Of a stretch of DNA of 64,000 nt, positions 34,165 to 47,559 are shown piece by piece. The translations under genes were made by a program, and so were the position numbers. The notes beneath the pieces are model-generated. The model was given only the letters and a program-made list of their open reading frames with translations, searched no databases and had not been told where the DNA came from. Position 1 is the first letter of the stretch, and each line of letters opens with the position of its first letter. The stretch comes from Rhina ancylostomus (lineage: Eukaryota): contig JARFYF010000071.1 in the NCBI GenBank assembly GCA_030265395.1, positions 4,451,138-4,515,137 on the forward strand. Direction: 5' to 3'.

Positions 34165-34920
34165 AATGTCACAGGTGTGATTGCCACAAGGATCGATGCT
34201 CGACCCTTGGTTGTTTGCTCTCTGTGTTCCTGGCTTGAATGTAACACATTAAAATATGTTGACAAAACAAAGCTGGGTGTGAAACTGAGGAGTGTGCAAA
34301 GGGACGCAGAAGCATTAAGGTTGCAGATGGAATGTAATGTCAGAAATGTGAGGTTATTCCCGTTGGTATAAAGAATAGAAAAACGTTTTTTAAAAGGTGA
34401 GAAATTAGTAAATGTTGATCGAGTAAAATCTGCTAGTGCTGATATATAAACTGATTAGCAAGGCAAATGGGACGTTGGCCTTCATTGCAAAGAGGATAAC
34501 ATAGAACATAGAAAACCTGCTGCATACTGCCCACAGAGCTGTGCCGAACATGTCTCTATCTTAGAAATTACTAGCCTTACCCATAGCCCTGTATCTTTCT
34601 CAGCTCCATGTACCTATCCAGAAGTCTCTTAAAAGACCCTATCGTATCCATCTCCACCACCGTTGCCGGCAGCCCAGTCCACGCACTCACCACTCTCTGA
34701 GTAAAAAAACTTACCCCTGACATCTCCTCTGTACCTGCTCCCCAGCACCTTAAACCTGTGTCCTCTTGTGGCCACCATTTCAGCCCTGGGGAAAAGCCTC
34801 TGACTATCTATCCGATCAATGCCTCTCATCATCTTATACACCCCTATTGTCCCCCCTCATCCTCCGTCGCTCCAAGGAGAAAAGGCCGAGTTCCCTCAAC
34901 CTGCTTTCATAAGGCAGCAT
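34165..34920. mobile_element. Tail-to-tail CR1 fragments (+ RT remnant about 34165-34500; - 3' end about 34500-34920)
   Basis: gccacaaggatcgatgctcgacccttg (PQGSVLGP-like) on +. YKMMRGIDRIDSQRLFPRAEMVATRGHRFKV...GDVRGKFF on -. Confidence 0.85.
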
Positions 34921-35899
34921 CCTCATAAATCTCCTCTGCATGTAATTCTGGCATGTAAATTCCCAGCTTGGTCTCCCACTGTTGTTGAACCTGGGAACAT
35001 CAAAGCAGGAGAAGGCCATTGAGCCCCTCAGTCCTGTACTGCCATTCGATGGGACGATGGATGATCTCTGATGTAACTCCACATCGTCACCTTTCCCCTT
35101 TCTTCCCAAACCAATAGCTTTGGTTAACCAAAGCAAATGAAGCCCAGCTTTAAAATGATCAATTAGCCCAGCACCAAGTGTTGTTGAGTCCATTATCTCT
35201 ATCGTTTGCCCCCTGCTAGCTGGGCAGTCCCCAGCCAAATTAATAACATGTATTTAAAAATGACTTCTGAAAGTCCATAAAGGTAAAAGCTACTACCTGA
35301 TTGCCTCTTAGAAATATAATCAGGGTTGTCGGGCATGAACTGACCTTTAAAATCCATGGTTGCCTTCTTTAATCAGTCAAAAAATATTCAAGGTCTTTAA
35401 TCCTTGTTAGAAACCTGTGATTTCCTAACAAGAGATGTTAGGCCGATTGATTTATAATTACCCTCCACTTTCTTTTAAATAATTTTACTGCTTCAAGGGT
35501 GGTTTTAAAGTCAAGAGAAGTTTGGAACATTATGGTTATGTCATGTGTAGTGGTTTTGACAAGCTTCTCTTTAAATCCTGAAATGAAAGCCATATGTTCC
35601 TGGAGAGTCGTCCTCTATTGTTTAATTGTTGCTATTTTGCTTGTGTTCATTTTGATAACACAAAATTATTCAGTTTATGTATTTTTACTGTGGAAATCAA
35701 GACACTATCAAATGATTTGGGTGGCACTTGGAACACAGTGGGCAGTTCTGGGGAATCCACAAGAAGGAATCAAAGAANNNNNNNNNNNNNNNNNNNNNNN
35801 NNNNNNNNNNNNNNNNNNNNNNNNNNNNNNNNNNNNNNNNNNNNNNNNNNNNNNNNNNNNNNNNNNNNNNNNNNNNNAAGGGGATGTGAAAGAGGTGAT

Positions 35900-36025
35900 T
35901 GGTTCAGAAGTCTGATAGCAGTGGGGAAGAAGCTGTTCTTGAGTCTGGTCATCCAGGCTTTCAGGCTCCTGTATCTTCTCCCAGAAGGTAGAAGAGAGAA
36001 AAGGGAATGGCCATGGTGGCCATTC
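35900..36025 (-). mobile_element. Rex1/Babar-type LINE ORF 3' end
   Basis: HHGHSLFSLLPSGRRYRSLKAWMTRLKNSFFPTAIRLLN is the typical Rex1/Babar C-terminal motif. Confidence 0.8.
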
Positions 36026-37189
36026 TGAAATTCCTCCCTAAACCCCCTTTCTCTTGCCCCCTCTTTCCTCCTCAAAACCTTCCTCTGCTGTCAAGGGTTT
36101 GGTCATCTGTCCTGATTTGGTCTGACAGCAAGTTTTGTTTGCTAATTCTTCCATGAAACATCTTTAGTATGTTTTTTTGTTTGCTTTGTGAACAGTGCTA
36201 TTGAACTGAAATTTCTTGAAGTCTTATTGTTTTGTCCTCACTTCAAATGGGAGAAAAACACTTAAATACATTTGGTTTGTTAGTCCCTTGACCTTGTTCC
36301 ACCATTTAATGTGAAAATCCAACCTAACTCCATGTACCTTTACACTTTTTCTCCATGTCCTTTAATATCTTTGCTTGATAAATCTCCCATCAATGTCATT
36401 TAAACTCATCAATTGTCTCAGTCATGTGCAGAAGAGAGTTGAAAATGTCTATCACCTTCTTTGCCCTTCAAATGGTTGCTCTTTGTCCTACTTCCAAATG
36501 CCTGCATTCTCCTCAAATATCTTTATATTTACAATTAACAAAATTGAGTCAGCCTCAGATTTAGAACTAATGGTTACTCTGGCATTGATTTCCATTTGCA
36601 GAAGAAATTTCTAAATTCCTGGCACCCTCTTGTGTTTGGAAGTCTTTAAATTTTATTATTCTGTCCATATTCTTAGACTTCATTGTAAAACATCAGTTCC
36701 CCTTGCTGCCTTGGAAACTTTACTCAACTCACCTTGAACTTGAAGGGTTAAGTTTCAAGGAGAGATTATAACAAAGCAGGGTGCATCTCCCCAAAATGGA
36801 AGAGGCTAGTGGTCATTCCCATCAATGTACCCTACAGTCTCTCACTTTTAGAACTCTTCTCCCCTGAGCCTTATTTGAGTGAGAGCAAGAAGTGTGCCAA
36901 TGGTGTGTAGTGCTGAAGCAACCAATGTGGTCAATCAGTGGGGAATTTTTGTGGAGCCGTAATGTTCAGTATGTATTATGTGAGATCAACTGGAGAACAA
37001 AATGTTCGATTGGGTAGTAGATGAGTCAGTTCCTTGTATGGAAGGCATCACACTTAGTTGTGTCTTGTCAAGTCACCTTGTGATCTCATGCCAGCAACAA
37101 CCACCAAATAGCAATCAGCAATGGCAGGCTTGTGTCCACCTCATGCAATACCCGCAGAGCTTGTTGTCCCATGAAACGTGGCACAAGCA

Positions 37190-37395
37190 AGCATGAAGGC
37201 TGTCCATCAGGAGTACATAAAAGCCCTGAAGAAGGAGTGTGCCACACAAACTACCCATCCCTCCAACCTCCACCTGCCCTTTCTGTGCAAGACTGTGCCG
37301 TGCCCACACCGGCCTCATTGGTTTCCTCAAAGTCCACAAAACCAGTGTGGAAGTAGAGATCATCGCTGATGCTGAGGGACTGATGAAGAAGGAGA
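37190..37395 (+). mobile_element. RTE-type LINE 3' end
   Basis: C2H2-like TCPFCARLCRAHTGLIGFLKVH, followed by atcatcgctgatgctgagggactgatgaagaagga, an RTE-like tail. Confidence 0.6.
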
Positions 37396-38595
37396 GCGTT
37401 GTAATGCTGTGCCTTGTGTGCATCGGGATCAGGTTCCCAGGTTCACCTCTCACCCGTGCTGAGTGAGTCGAGTGTCGGTCGCCCTTGCCTCGGTGTTCCC
37501 GGCTGAACTTTCAGCTTTTGGTTGTTACCCGTCTCTCCTGACTATAAGCGGGTGTACCTGTGTCAGGGGAGAACGGCATTCAGAACACACTCTCCTTTAT
37601 TTCCTGCTGCCTTTGCAACAGACAGCTGTCGGCCTGGATCTACGTGTGTAAAGGAGGCCCATTTACTTAACTTTCAGAGGTTGGGGATGAGCAAGGAATG
37701 TGTCTTGGGACAAACCTTTGGGGAGGACGGAAGGAAGTGAATCAAGGAATCAATAATTGAAAATGAGCTATGTGGCTCTTACCCAGTCTCTTGTTTCTCA
37801 ATCTAATTTGTTGATGGAGGTTTATTAGCTTGGGGAGGTTCAAAACATGTTTGCTCTTTTGTGGAAACACTGCTGATAATCTATTGCAGGTCTCTTCTGC
37901 ATTCTGTGCCATAACAGTGCTTAACACTCCATTAAATCACCTTGATGTTTCTGACAGTGCCAGGTGCATTGTTCATTGTGTGCCAACTGTTGAAAGCCCG
38001 ACCTAGTCACGATTCCTTGTCCACAGATGAAAGGTTTGGGCAATGTGCTGCTGAATGATGCAAGGACATCTGCTGATCTTGACTTCTTGCTGCTGTCAGG
38101 TTCCTGCTGTCGGCTCTTGCCAGCAAGGTCTGAACGTGTGGACAGCAGGCACAGACGTAATTGGATTTGGGAGCTGCCTTCTCTGCACTGGAAATGAGTG
38201 ATCATTGCGGTTGTAGATGAGGATATGACAAAGTTAGGATACATGTTGGGAAGATCTTTATGCAAAGAACAAAATCACTGGTGACCACAGCCTTGCTGTT
38301 TTTCCTTCTTTTATGAATTAAACCAATTCCCTTATGGAAATTACTGAATCTATTTTCATCACCCTTTCCAGCAATTATCTCTGAATCCCTTTGGCACCTT
38401 TGAGAACTGTGGAGATTTCAAGGTGTTTCTCCATGAATAGTGGAGATGAGCAGATGTAATGTGATGTTAGTTTTGTATCATTCACAAGAAAGCCTGTCCT
38501 GGTGGCCACTTCACAGCTTCTGGTGACAGTTTCTGGAAACTCTGCTGCAGCTGGCTGCCTGCGAAGTGTTGCAAGTACTCCAGCGCCGTCTTGCA

Positions 38596-38865
38596 AGTAC
38601 TTCCCTCAACCATTTGGTTCTTGAATCAACCGGCAAAACCTTTAACACTACAGTTTAGCAATACTGTGACTACTTTGATCACTTTCCACTAAAATTGACT
38701 TTTTGTTTTGTTCTGAGTATGTTCTTTCTTGTAAAATTTGTGTATAATTTGTGTTTTATTTATGTTTTTGCTGCTTGTGTGATGCTATGTGCCTGTGATA
38801 CTGCTGCAAGTAAGTTTTTCATTGCACCTGTGCACATGACGACAAATTCACCATTTGATTTTTTG
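38596..38865 (+). mobile_element. Rex1/Babar-type 3' end (copy 1)
   Basis: tacttccctcaaccatttggttcttgaatcaac...tgatgctatgtgcctgtgatactgctgcaagtaagtttttcattgcac, closely similar to 54870-55143. Confidence 0.7.
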
Positions 38866-39199
38866 GACTCCTGTAGTACCCCACTAGAAGAAATATTTGG
38901 GGCAATTCTCTGCAATGTTGTTGACTATCTTGAACTTTGTCTCCAGGTCCACATTTAAGACTGTCTGTGGAACTCTGCAGGCCGAACAGATCTGTGAGTC
39001 CTAATGCGGTAGATCACAACACAGTACTTTGTTAAGGTTGCTTGGGAACTGAGTTGTCAAACCTGTGATTAGGTTTTTGTTCTAGGCATTGCCTCCCANN
39101 NNNNNNNNNNNNNNNNNNNNNNNNNNNNNNNNNNNNNNNNNNNNNNNNNNNNNNNNNNNNNNNNNNNNNNNNNNNNNNNNNNNNNNNNNNNNNNNNNNA

Positions 39200-41240
39200 T
39201 AAAACAACTCTGTGCAAAATTTGTTGAACAGTTTCAGTTCATTGTCCATACACTGGCCAAAATCTTTTGACCCTTTTCAATATCTGTCCATTGATTGTTT
39301 TAACACATGGTCTTTAACACATGTTCACAGAGTCCTGCCTGATTTTCAGGTGCAGTTACTGGAAAATCCTCATCGACTGCAAAGTATTCCCATGAGTTAA
39401 GTATGATATAGTATTTACAGTAAAGTTCTGCTTGGAACTTCTATATTGGATTGTACAGTCATAATGCAATAGAATAATTACCTTTGATGCCATGAATGCA
39501 AAGTATTGCCAATTTGGAACCTAATATTACCAGTAATAGCTTATGATCTCTGACTAGGGGTAACAGTTGATTGAAATCTGATCTTAACTGATTACACTTG
39601 ATCTTTGTGAGAGTATAAGAAGTGAAATTAATGGATTTTCCTTGCCCATCATCCATCAAGTGACATATTATTGTACTTACGCCATACTTGATGCATCACA
39701 TGCCAACTTCAACTTGCACATAGCATCATACCAAACAAGGAGGGTTTCACTTGCTACATTTTTCTTGCATTAATCATCTGCGCTTTGTTGCTTTTGCTAC
39801 ACTTCCATTTCACATCCTTTTTCAACATGGTCTGTGCATGGCTACAAGATGTGGAAAGAATCCATTGAAATTATATTAACTGTGAAACATTTTCAGACTT
39901 TAAACAATAGTGATGGCCTCTGTTTTCTCCTTCACTGGTTGATATCAACTTTCAAACCAAGGTTCACTAAGTTTTATTGCAAAACCACATATTTTCTTGA
40001 CATAACTTCACATTGTGCTCATGTAATCTCTTGAACTCGTCCTTCAAAATCAGAAGGTTGCCTTCCTCTGTTATTGCGGCAAGTAAAAGATCGTCTGGAT
40101 TACACATATAATAATCTATCCCTTGCAAGATTTTCTTCATAGTGAGTTTGAAAATCTTGGGCAAAGACAACTCTGTAGGGTAACCTTGAACATGTGTAGA
40201 GGCACCAAAAACTCCTATGCAATCATTGTGTTCTAAATTTTTTCAGTTCTTACAGAGCACATATTGACTTTCATGAAAAAGAAAGACATTTTTATGGTAC
40301 TGAGTGATGGTCACTCAAAGAGAGACATATGGGTTCATGTACCACTACTCAAATGATTGAAATGGTCTCACCAATATTCTTTGGACTCAGTTTCATAGTC
40401 ATGACCTTGCTACAATGCTCTGACTTATGGACTGCATCAGTGCCAGCATTCTTGGGTGCCACTTCCATTTACACGGCAATTTTACATGCAAGTTTGAATG
40501 CCAGATTTTGCATGCTTAAAATTTTGATAAGATTCATTATTCCAGCAGTCCACATACAAAACCAACACAAAGAACAATCTAAAAAGCATCAAAATTGCAA
40601 TGCAAGAATAGTTTTGTTAAATTAAACAACTTTCTGACTAATTGTCTCACCCTGCTTCTGGCTCCTTGTCCCAAACCAATAACCTTCAGCTATTACTAAT
40701 GTTCTACACAACACTTTTAAATAAGACACTTTTTCCCTTATATGCTATGAGATTTATCAGCATGTTTCTGTCCTTGTCTCACATTTTGTCTTTGGCTTTC
40801 TTCAACCTCCAGAATAATCTTCACCTTAAAGAACGTTTCCACTCATTTGATATACAAGCTAAATGGTTTTCTAGCTTATTTATACTTGTGTAGGTGTCTA
40901 ATGTTCAATCAGCACACACATCTTGTTCCATTCCTATTCAACAGCTAAACTTGGTGTTAGTGAAAAGACAATATTTCCATCCTTTGCCCCAGTGGCTTGC
41001 TGGTACAAACAAGACATTGCAGACAAACAAAACTCCATGTTAGGGATTGTGGGAAAATACTGCAAAAAGTTGCTTTGAGCACAATAAATTCTCTTAAAAC
41101 TTGCCTCTTCAAAAAGATACTTTAAGCACTATAAATTCACTTCAAACTTACCATGCAAGTTTTAAGTTAATTTCTAGTGCTCAAAGAGCCAACAACATCC
41201 TTCAAGAAATTCTTCAACATCTGCACTGCCAATTTGTAAT
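39200..41240 (-). mobile_element. Heavily decayed Ty3/Gypsy LTR retrotransposon internal region (gag-RT-RNaseH-linker)
   Basis: Minus strand shows the RT remnant PKIFKLTMKKILQGIDYYMCNPDDLLLAAITEEGNLLILKDEFKRLHEHNVKL (YxDD region), the RNase H motif LKLACDAS at about 39690-39713, and gag-like FVCGLL at about 40550. Domain order is correct. Confidence 0.75.
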
Positions 41241-42509
41241 GTCTTCATAAATATATTGAGACAAAGTATATATCCATATCCAAAGATAGAGTTTATTTTC
41301 AAGGTAGCATTGATACAATGTGGCCAATGAATTCCTAATAAACTGCTATATGTCTGAAATCATTCTATTAAATTCCTGGCTTAGTTCCAGGAGTGCCAAA
41401 TGTCCCAAAAATGGAGAAGGACATAGAATTGCTGGGATTAAATCTCTAAATGGATTAGATTTGATTAGTTTATTATCATTTACACCAGGGTAATGAAATT
41501 CCTTGTTCACATGAAGCTCACAGAGTAAACAGTAAACATATACAACAAGCGTAAAACAGCAGAGTGGTGCAAAGATTGCAGTGCAATCTGAAGTAGTGCC
41601 AAAAAAGTCACATTTTTACATGTTCATTGTCTATATAACTTGCAATTGATATCACAATGATTGTGTTGATGTAGCACCACAAATCAAATTGACTATGCTG
41701 GTGTTAAGAGACTGAAGTATTAATTAAAACTTCAGAAGCTTGTTTTTTTTTAGCTTTTATGGTTGGAAATTGAAGGGAATTTGCAGAAGACATTTAATGG
41801 CATAGATACAGTAAGTCAAAAGTACTACAAAGCATGCAAAAACAATTGAAAGAAAGGATCAATAGGCTAAAGCTGGAAGCAAGTCCCAAGGGAATATGGT
41901 AGAAATTGGTTGGCATCTAATTACAGGAACTAAGCAGGAAGCTCAACCACAGCCAGGAACGTAAAGGTCTCACCGTCTCCTGACATTGTTCTTCGGGGCT
42001 CATATTAATACTTGTAACTGATTACCAAGGCTAGTTGTTTCTCTGCAGGGAAATCATTTCCTCCAAAGTTACTAATCTGGATAGCCAGCTTCACAGGCTG
42101 GGAATGGGGTGGGGAAAAGACAGAGTGTGGGGTGATTCTGTGTAGTCTATGGTCTTCAGGAGTGCTATTGAGGCACAAGAAGACTTTTCCAGTTAGTGCT
42201 TACTTGGTGTGGGAGGACCCTTGAAACAGTCCTGGGGCCCTCATAAACACACCTGAAAGAACCAACTCATTTTCAAGGAGACCACATGGGATGCCTGGAA
42301 TCCTTTTAGCATCAACATGGAAGTCAGCATAGTTTGAGGGGAAAGGCATAGATTTGGCAAATTAACTTATTTTATCCACCTTGAAAATAGGTGCAATAAA
42401 AATATACCTCCATATCTTTCCCATTTATCTTGCACTCTGCCATCCTTCTCATTGTCTAATGATATTCCACATCCCCTGAAGAAAATAAAACATGCAAATT
42501 GAATGCAAT

Positions 42510-42745
42510 TTTTAAAAAATTTTATTTACAGCGTGGTAACAGGCCCTTTCTGGCCCAACGAGTCCACGCTGCCCATTTTAAACCCCAAATTAACCTACCC
42601 GTACGTCTTTGGAATGTGGGAGGAAACCAGAGCACCCGGAGGAAACCCGTGCAGACACGTGAGAACATACAAACTCCTTACAGGCAGCGGCAGGAATCGA
42701 ACCTGGGTCACTGGTGCTGTAATAGCATCGTGCTAACCGCCATGA
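42510..42745 (-). mobile_element. tRNA-derived SINE (V-SINE/HE1-like), near full length
   Basis: Minus strand: ggcggttagc (A box) ... ccaggttcgattcc (B box), central gggtttcctccgggtgctctggtttcctcccacattccaaagacgt, and a CR1-like tail gggccagaaagggcctgtt. Confidence 0.85.
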
Positions 42746-45700
42746 ACCTGTTGTACTAAGCCCTAACATCATTTCAACATGTGACTTGGTCTCAAGATGT
42801 GATACCATCACAGCTGAGCTGTGAGACGACTGACATCCTGCAGCCAGGTTGTCCTCACTGGCTTCAGGTGGAAAGGGAAGAACATTGGGACACAAAACAT
42901 ATTCCTTGCTTCCCTTCCAGATTCAGGCAGTGCTAGGCAGAACCAGCTTTAATTGTGATTGAAATCTCACTTTACCTGCTGAAAAGATGAAAAATTTTGC
43001 TTTGCAGTAAAATATTCCAACTGCTGTCATTTTCTGTTGACAGTGTGCCAAAGTGGTGGGATTTCTTATTATCATTTAAATCTTTTGAGAAATCTGCTTT
43101 GATCCATAAATTTCCATCAGCGCTTTATTAAATAAGATCCATTTATTTGTGTTTGCTCACCCTTGACCCCACTATTTCTCCCCTCCCAGTCTCTGTGCGA
43201 CCATGTTGCCTCAAACACACATTAGTATTGGAAGAGGTCTTGCGTTGATGGAACCCATGAAGAGTGATTGCATTTCCCAAATCTTTCAGCAGCAATTGCA
43301 TTTAGGGATTCAGGAGGGAAGAGTTAAATTGATCATGGAGGAGGTGTTCATATCATTTGGCACATCGTGGGCCAAAGGGCTGTACTGTTCTGCATTAGCC
43401 TTTGTTCATGATCAGATTAACACAGAATGAGTCATTGTCCTGCAACATACTCAAAAAAAATAATGAGGTGGAAAAGCTGGTTGAATAAGTGACCTTGAAG
43501 TAGGCAGTGTGGATGGGTTTAAGAGACTGATATCAGTCACTGGAAAGAGAATGAATTGAAAAGTGTTGAAAAGTGTTAGAGGTTCATCAGCAGGGTTTGT
43601 TATTAGAGCGGTAGGTTAAGACCAAACCTTTTTGACATCCATTTATTCCTGTCCCCAGTTGTGTAGTGCCTACCTTTTTGATCTTTTATTCCATTTCTTT
43701 CTTTGATCTGAGCAGTGTTATTTTATCTTGACTCACAGCTATTGCTGGTCAGTACTTAGATGAATAATTTGCATCAGACAGGCCATCTGATGAGGCAGGT
43801 GTGGTTTGAAGTCATTGTACCAAGTGCATTCGCGTGGAAGACAACACCGCAGGAGCTGCCTGGAAGATGTGGAAGTAGTGAAAGGTTTCAAAGAAAAAGG
43901 GAGAGCTGGAATCATTCATCACACTGGGATTCCAGTCGAGCCAGGTTCTGGTGTACCACCAACCGCTGTTTGTCTCAGTGAACTTGCACTTGGATGGGGT
44001 TAAGATTTTTTTCTCTCTCACCTGACAGTTAATTTATTGGAGTTATCCTGGTTGATGTGAGTGGGATTTGGTCTATCAGCTTTATCTATTGTCTTCCAAA
44101 TGAATGTCCACCCCATCACTGGCTTTATCACCCAGCAAAGACTCTATAATTCATAGCACAATCCTATAACAGTGGGAACAATCTATTGTGTTTAACCTCC
44201 AGCTTTCTCCCTTTTCTATGTAACCCATTGGCTCCATGTGTTTACTGGAGAATTTTGCTCATCATTAGTTGAATTTACCAGTACACTGAAAGCAGACTAT
44301 AATGGTTGGACTGAAGGGCTGTGGAACAAATTCACGCTTCATCTAATGGGGAGAAACAAAGAAGCAGGCACAAGCTTGGATTTATGCTGTGCCTTTCATC
44401 TCTTCAGGGCATTCTGAGGTGCTTTAAACCTAATTATTTTGTTTTGAAGTGCAGCCTCTAATAATTCAGGGGAGGAAAAAAACCTCGGTGCTGGATTCTG
44501 GGTGGAGAAGGACAGCCATCTGCATCCCTTCCATTAATTTTATTCAACATTGTTAGCATTACAGGAATAAGAAACAGGACAACAGTTACAGTTGGATAAA
44601 GAACAATTGTTATATTGCACCACAGGATTGGACAAGAACCTGTTCATTTTGCACAGAGATGACAAAGCAGGACCAACAATAGTTGACAAATTTCTGTTCT
44701 GGGCACAAGCTTCTGTTTAGTGCAACAGGACGTTCTTGAGGAAAGAATGATCTGTGATGCCGACTGTTATTTACAAGGTATGTCACAATCTTGATCATTT
44801 TTGTTTTATTATTCAACTTGTTTTGGTTTTACCATTTTTCTGAATATTATCTTTCTCTGAACTCAAACTGAACTGAATGTGCTTGTTGAGGATGCTCCAC
44901 AATTTCTCCAAGAAGTTTGGAGATGTGTGTTGGGCAAAATGTGGTACTTTTCAAAAATGCAGGTTATTGTAAGATCAGCTAGTTCTCCAATCTACCAAAC
45001 CCTGCCCAGAATTGGTAGATTTCCCAACATGTATATGAGAGGCATGTAAAAAAAACATGTACAACTAGCTTGAAATGGACAATTGATAGGCTTCCAGTAA
45101 AATCAGTTTCAGATATGGGATTCTGGAAAAAATAACTCCTCATGGAACAGTACCATGAGCATGTTTAACAGGAAACAGTCATGTCTCTTTTGGCTTCTGG
45201 ACTTGCGAGAAACACAAGAACATTCGGCTGCCCCATCATTTAATATGATTGTGGCTGATCTGTGCTGACCTCAACTCCTCTTCTGTGCCATCCCTCCACA
45301 ACCCTCTATTCCTTGATCTCTCAAATATTTATCCACCTCCCCTTTAAATACTTCTCACGATCCACCACCCACCAGGGCAGAGAATTCCAGAGACTCAGCC
45401 AACTCTAAAGCAGTTGAGACCAATAAATCTGACGAGAAAGGTTCAGTTTACGTCAGAGCCTCATCGTGGAGATGTTAGGAACCTGGCCAGCTAAATGGAC
45501 TTGCACTGACATGTGCGAGCACTGAGACTCTCGCCTTTCTTATTAATCCTCGTCACAAGGGACGTGTCACATGGCTGCTTTTCCTCTCTGTAGTTGTTCA
45601 AAATTAATCTGCTGTGGTTATTAGATGAGACATTGGTTATTGAAAACCCTGAACTTGCCATATACATCATTTCTCAAAATAAATTTCATGATGAATACAT

Positions 45701-46665
45701 TTTTTTTGTCCTAGGCTGCATTACCACAGGAACCCTTTGAGTCAGTATTTTCTCAAGTGCCTGACCAGCAGCTAAGACTGTACCGGCATCAGTCCACATG
45801 TATCCACAGTTCTGTGCTCGAATCACGGAGGCACTTGCCATCATCTTGGACCAACCATTTCACGAATGTTGCAGACGACAATGATTTGTGACCGTGATCA
45901 TGGTGTGGAGTGTTGCCGTGCTACTTCACCATATCCAAACCCCATTGTAACTCTCGCTTCCTAATGTGGACTACAGGAGAATGGGTAAGCAATCTGTGCC
46001 AATTTCTTTTTCTCTCTTTCCATTAAACCCAGAGACACATCCAAACTGAGTGGAAAATAACAGCACCCTTCAGGGAAGGAATAATCCACTGAGCCATTGT
46101 GTCTGTTGTTCTGCAGTGTCGTTGTCAGTGTTGTAAATCATAAGTCTTTTTGGCTTGATTCAAATGGACACAACGTTGGGAGAGGTTAGATCAAGGTTTA
46201 TATGTGAGGCTGTTCTATGCTTAAAAATGAGCTGGGCTCCAGTCACACCAAGGATTTTCATTGTTATTGAGGAAACCATACGAAACCCTCTCAAACAGGA
46301 AAGATAAACTTGTGCATTTGTGATGAGATGCTGTTGAGCTGGAGTGTTGTGCATTTGTAATTAGAGGAGGAGGTGAATGTGGAGGAGAATTTTGTAAATT
46401 CAGCATCCCCTTTGGATCTGGGGGTCAAACATCAACATGACAATGGGGCTTGGCTCATTTATATTAAAGCTACTTGGGTGCCTTAATCCGGGCTGAAGAG
46501 CTTTGCAACAGTTATGTTCAAAGGTCAAGTCGCTGGTGTCTTGCTTTACTTGCTGCAGAGTTTACAGCCCATGGGCCAAGCACCACACAGTTCAACCAGC
46601 GTTATGCAGGGGATCCGTTCACACCTGAAAGTCTCTTCAGCATGCAACTGTTGCCAGGGAAGCAG

Positions 46666-47341
46666 TTACTCGGATACTGGCAGCACTGAGGTTCGGCACT
46701 CTTGCGCCACAGTGCTTTTATCTTGCATTTGAGTGGCACTGCAACTCTGAAGTCGAGTCCTCCTCGCGTACTTAATAATGTTGTTCTTCACAGTGACAAA
46801 GAAGAGTGTATTTATCATGCTGTTGCTCACTGCGATGCACTTCACAATGTAGTACACTGTGACTGAGTGCTTTTCCCTCAAGAGCACATTTGGGAAGAAA
46901 TCTCGCACAATGGCATATCCATAATATGGAGCCCAGCAGAGGATGTAGGCAGTCAGTATACCCATGAGCACCAGGACAGTTTTCCTCCGTGCTCTCAGCC
47001 GCTTCCTGATCTGCTTGGTTTGCACGCCAGGCATGCTTTTGAACCACAGTTCCCTGCTGATCTGCAAGTAGCACAGGGACATGGTCACAACGGGAGCAAC
47101 AAACTCCAGGAGGAAGAGGAACAGAAAGTAGGACCGGTAGAAGAGTACTTTGTCCACTGGCCAGATCTGCCCACAGAATATCTTCCCACCGTTGCCGGGA
47201 AAAGTGTCGAAGGTGGTCTCGGTCATGAAGTAGGCCGAGGGGATGGAGATAACCAGGGACACAGCCCAAACTGCAATCAGGATGCAGTACGCCGTCTGTA
47301 ACTTCATGCGAGGCTTCAGCGGGTGCACGATCACCAAATAC
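46666..47341 (-). CDS. PROKR: Prokineticin receptor-like GPCR, coding exon 2 (end of TM3 to C-terminus)
   Basis: cag|G TAT completes the DRY motif. [60 protein letters not shown] and SNSMINT are PROKR signatures. TAA at 46666-46668. Confidence 0.93.
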
Positions 47342-47559
47342 CTGCAGTGTGCCCAGAAATGGAAAGTAAGTGGGTTGCAATGATTGATGTTGGATTCTGA
47401 ATGACAAGACCCAGTTATTCAATGAAAGAAAAGTCACCAAAAAGAAATCGCTAAACCTTGCAGTAAATGTTTTGACATTTTAATTCTACTCTTTATTTCC
47501 TTTTTCCCCAAAAGTTGAAACTGAACTCCAGGTTTTAATGGGCACAGCAACATTTGACA

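Noticed and set aside
37935-38190. Exon-like open segment on the minus strand (catttccag|...caag|gtgatt)
   Set aside because: The translation is not recognisable and no partner exons were found. It could be a lncRNA exon, but this cannot be supported.
46772-47440. Overlapping alternative-frame and antisense ORFs (222 aa, 144 aa) over the receptor exon
   Set aside because: These are shadow ORFs expected from GC3-rich codon usage, with no recognisable motifs.
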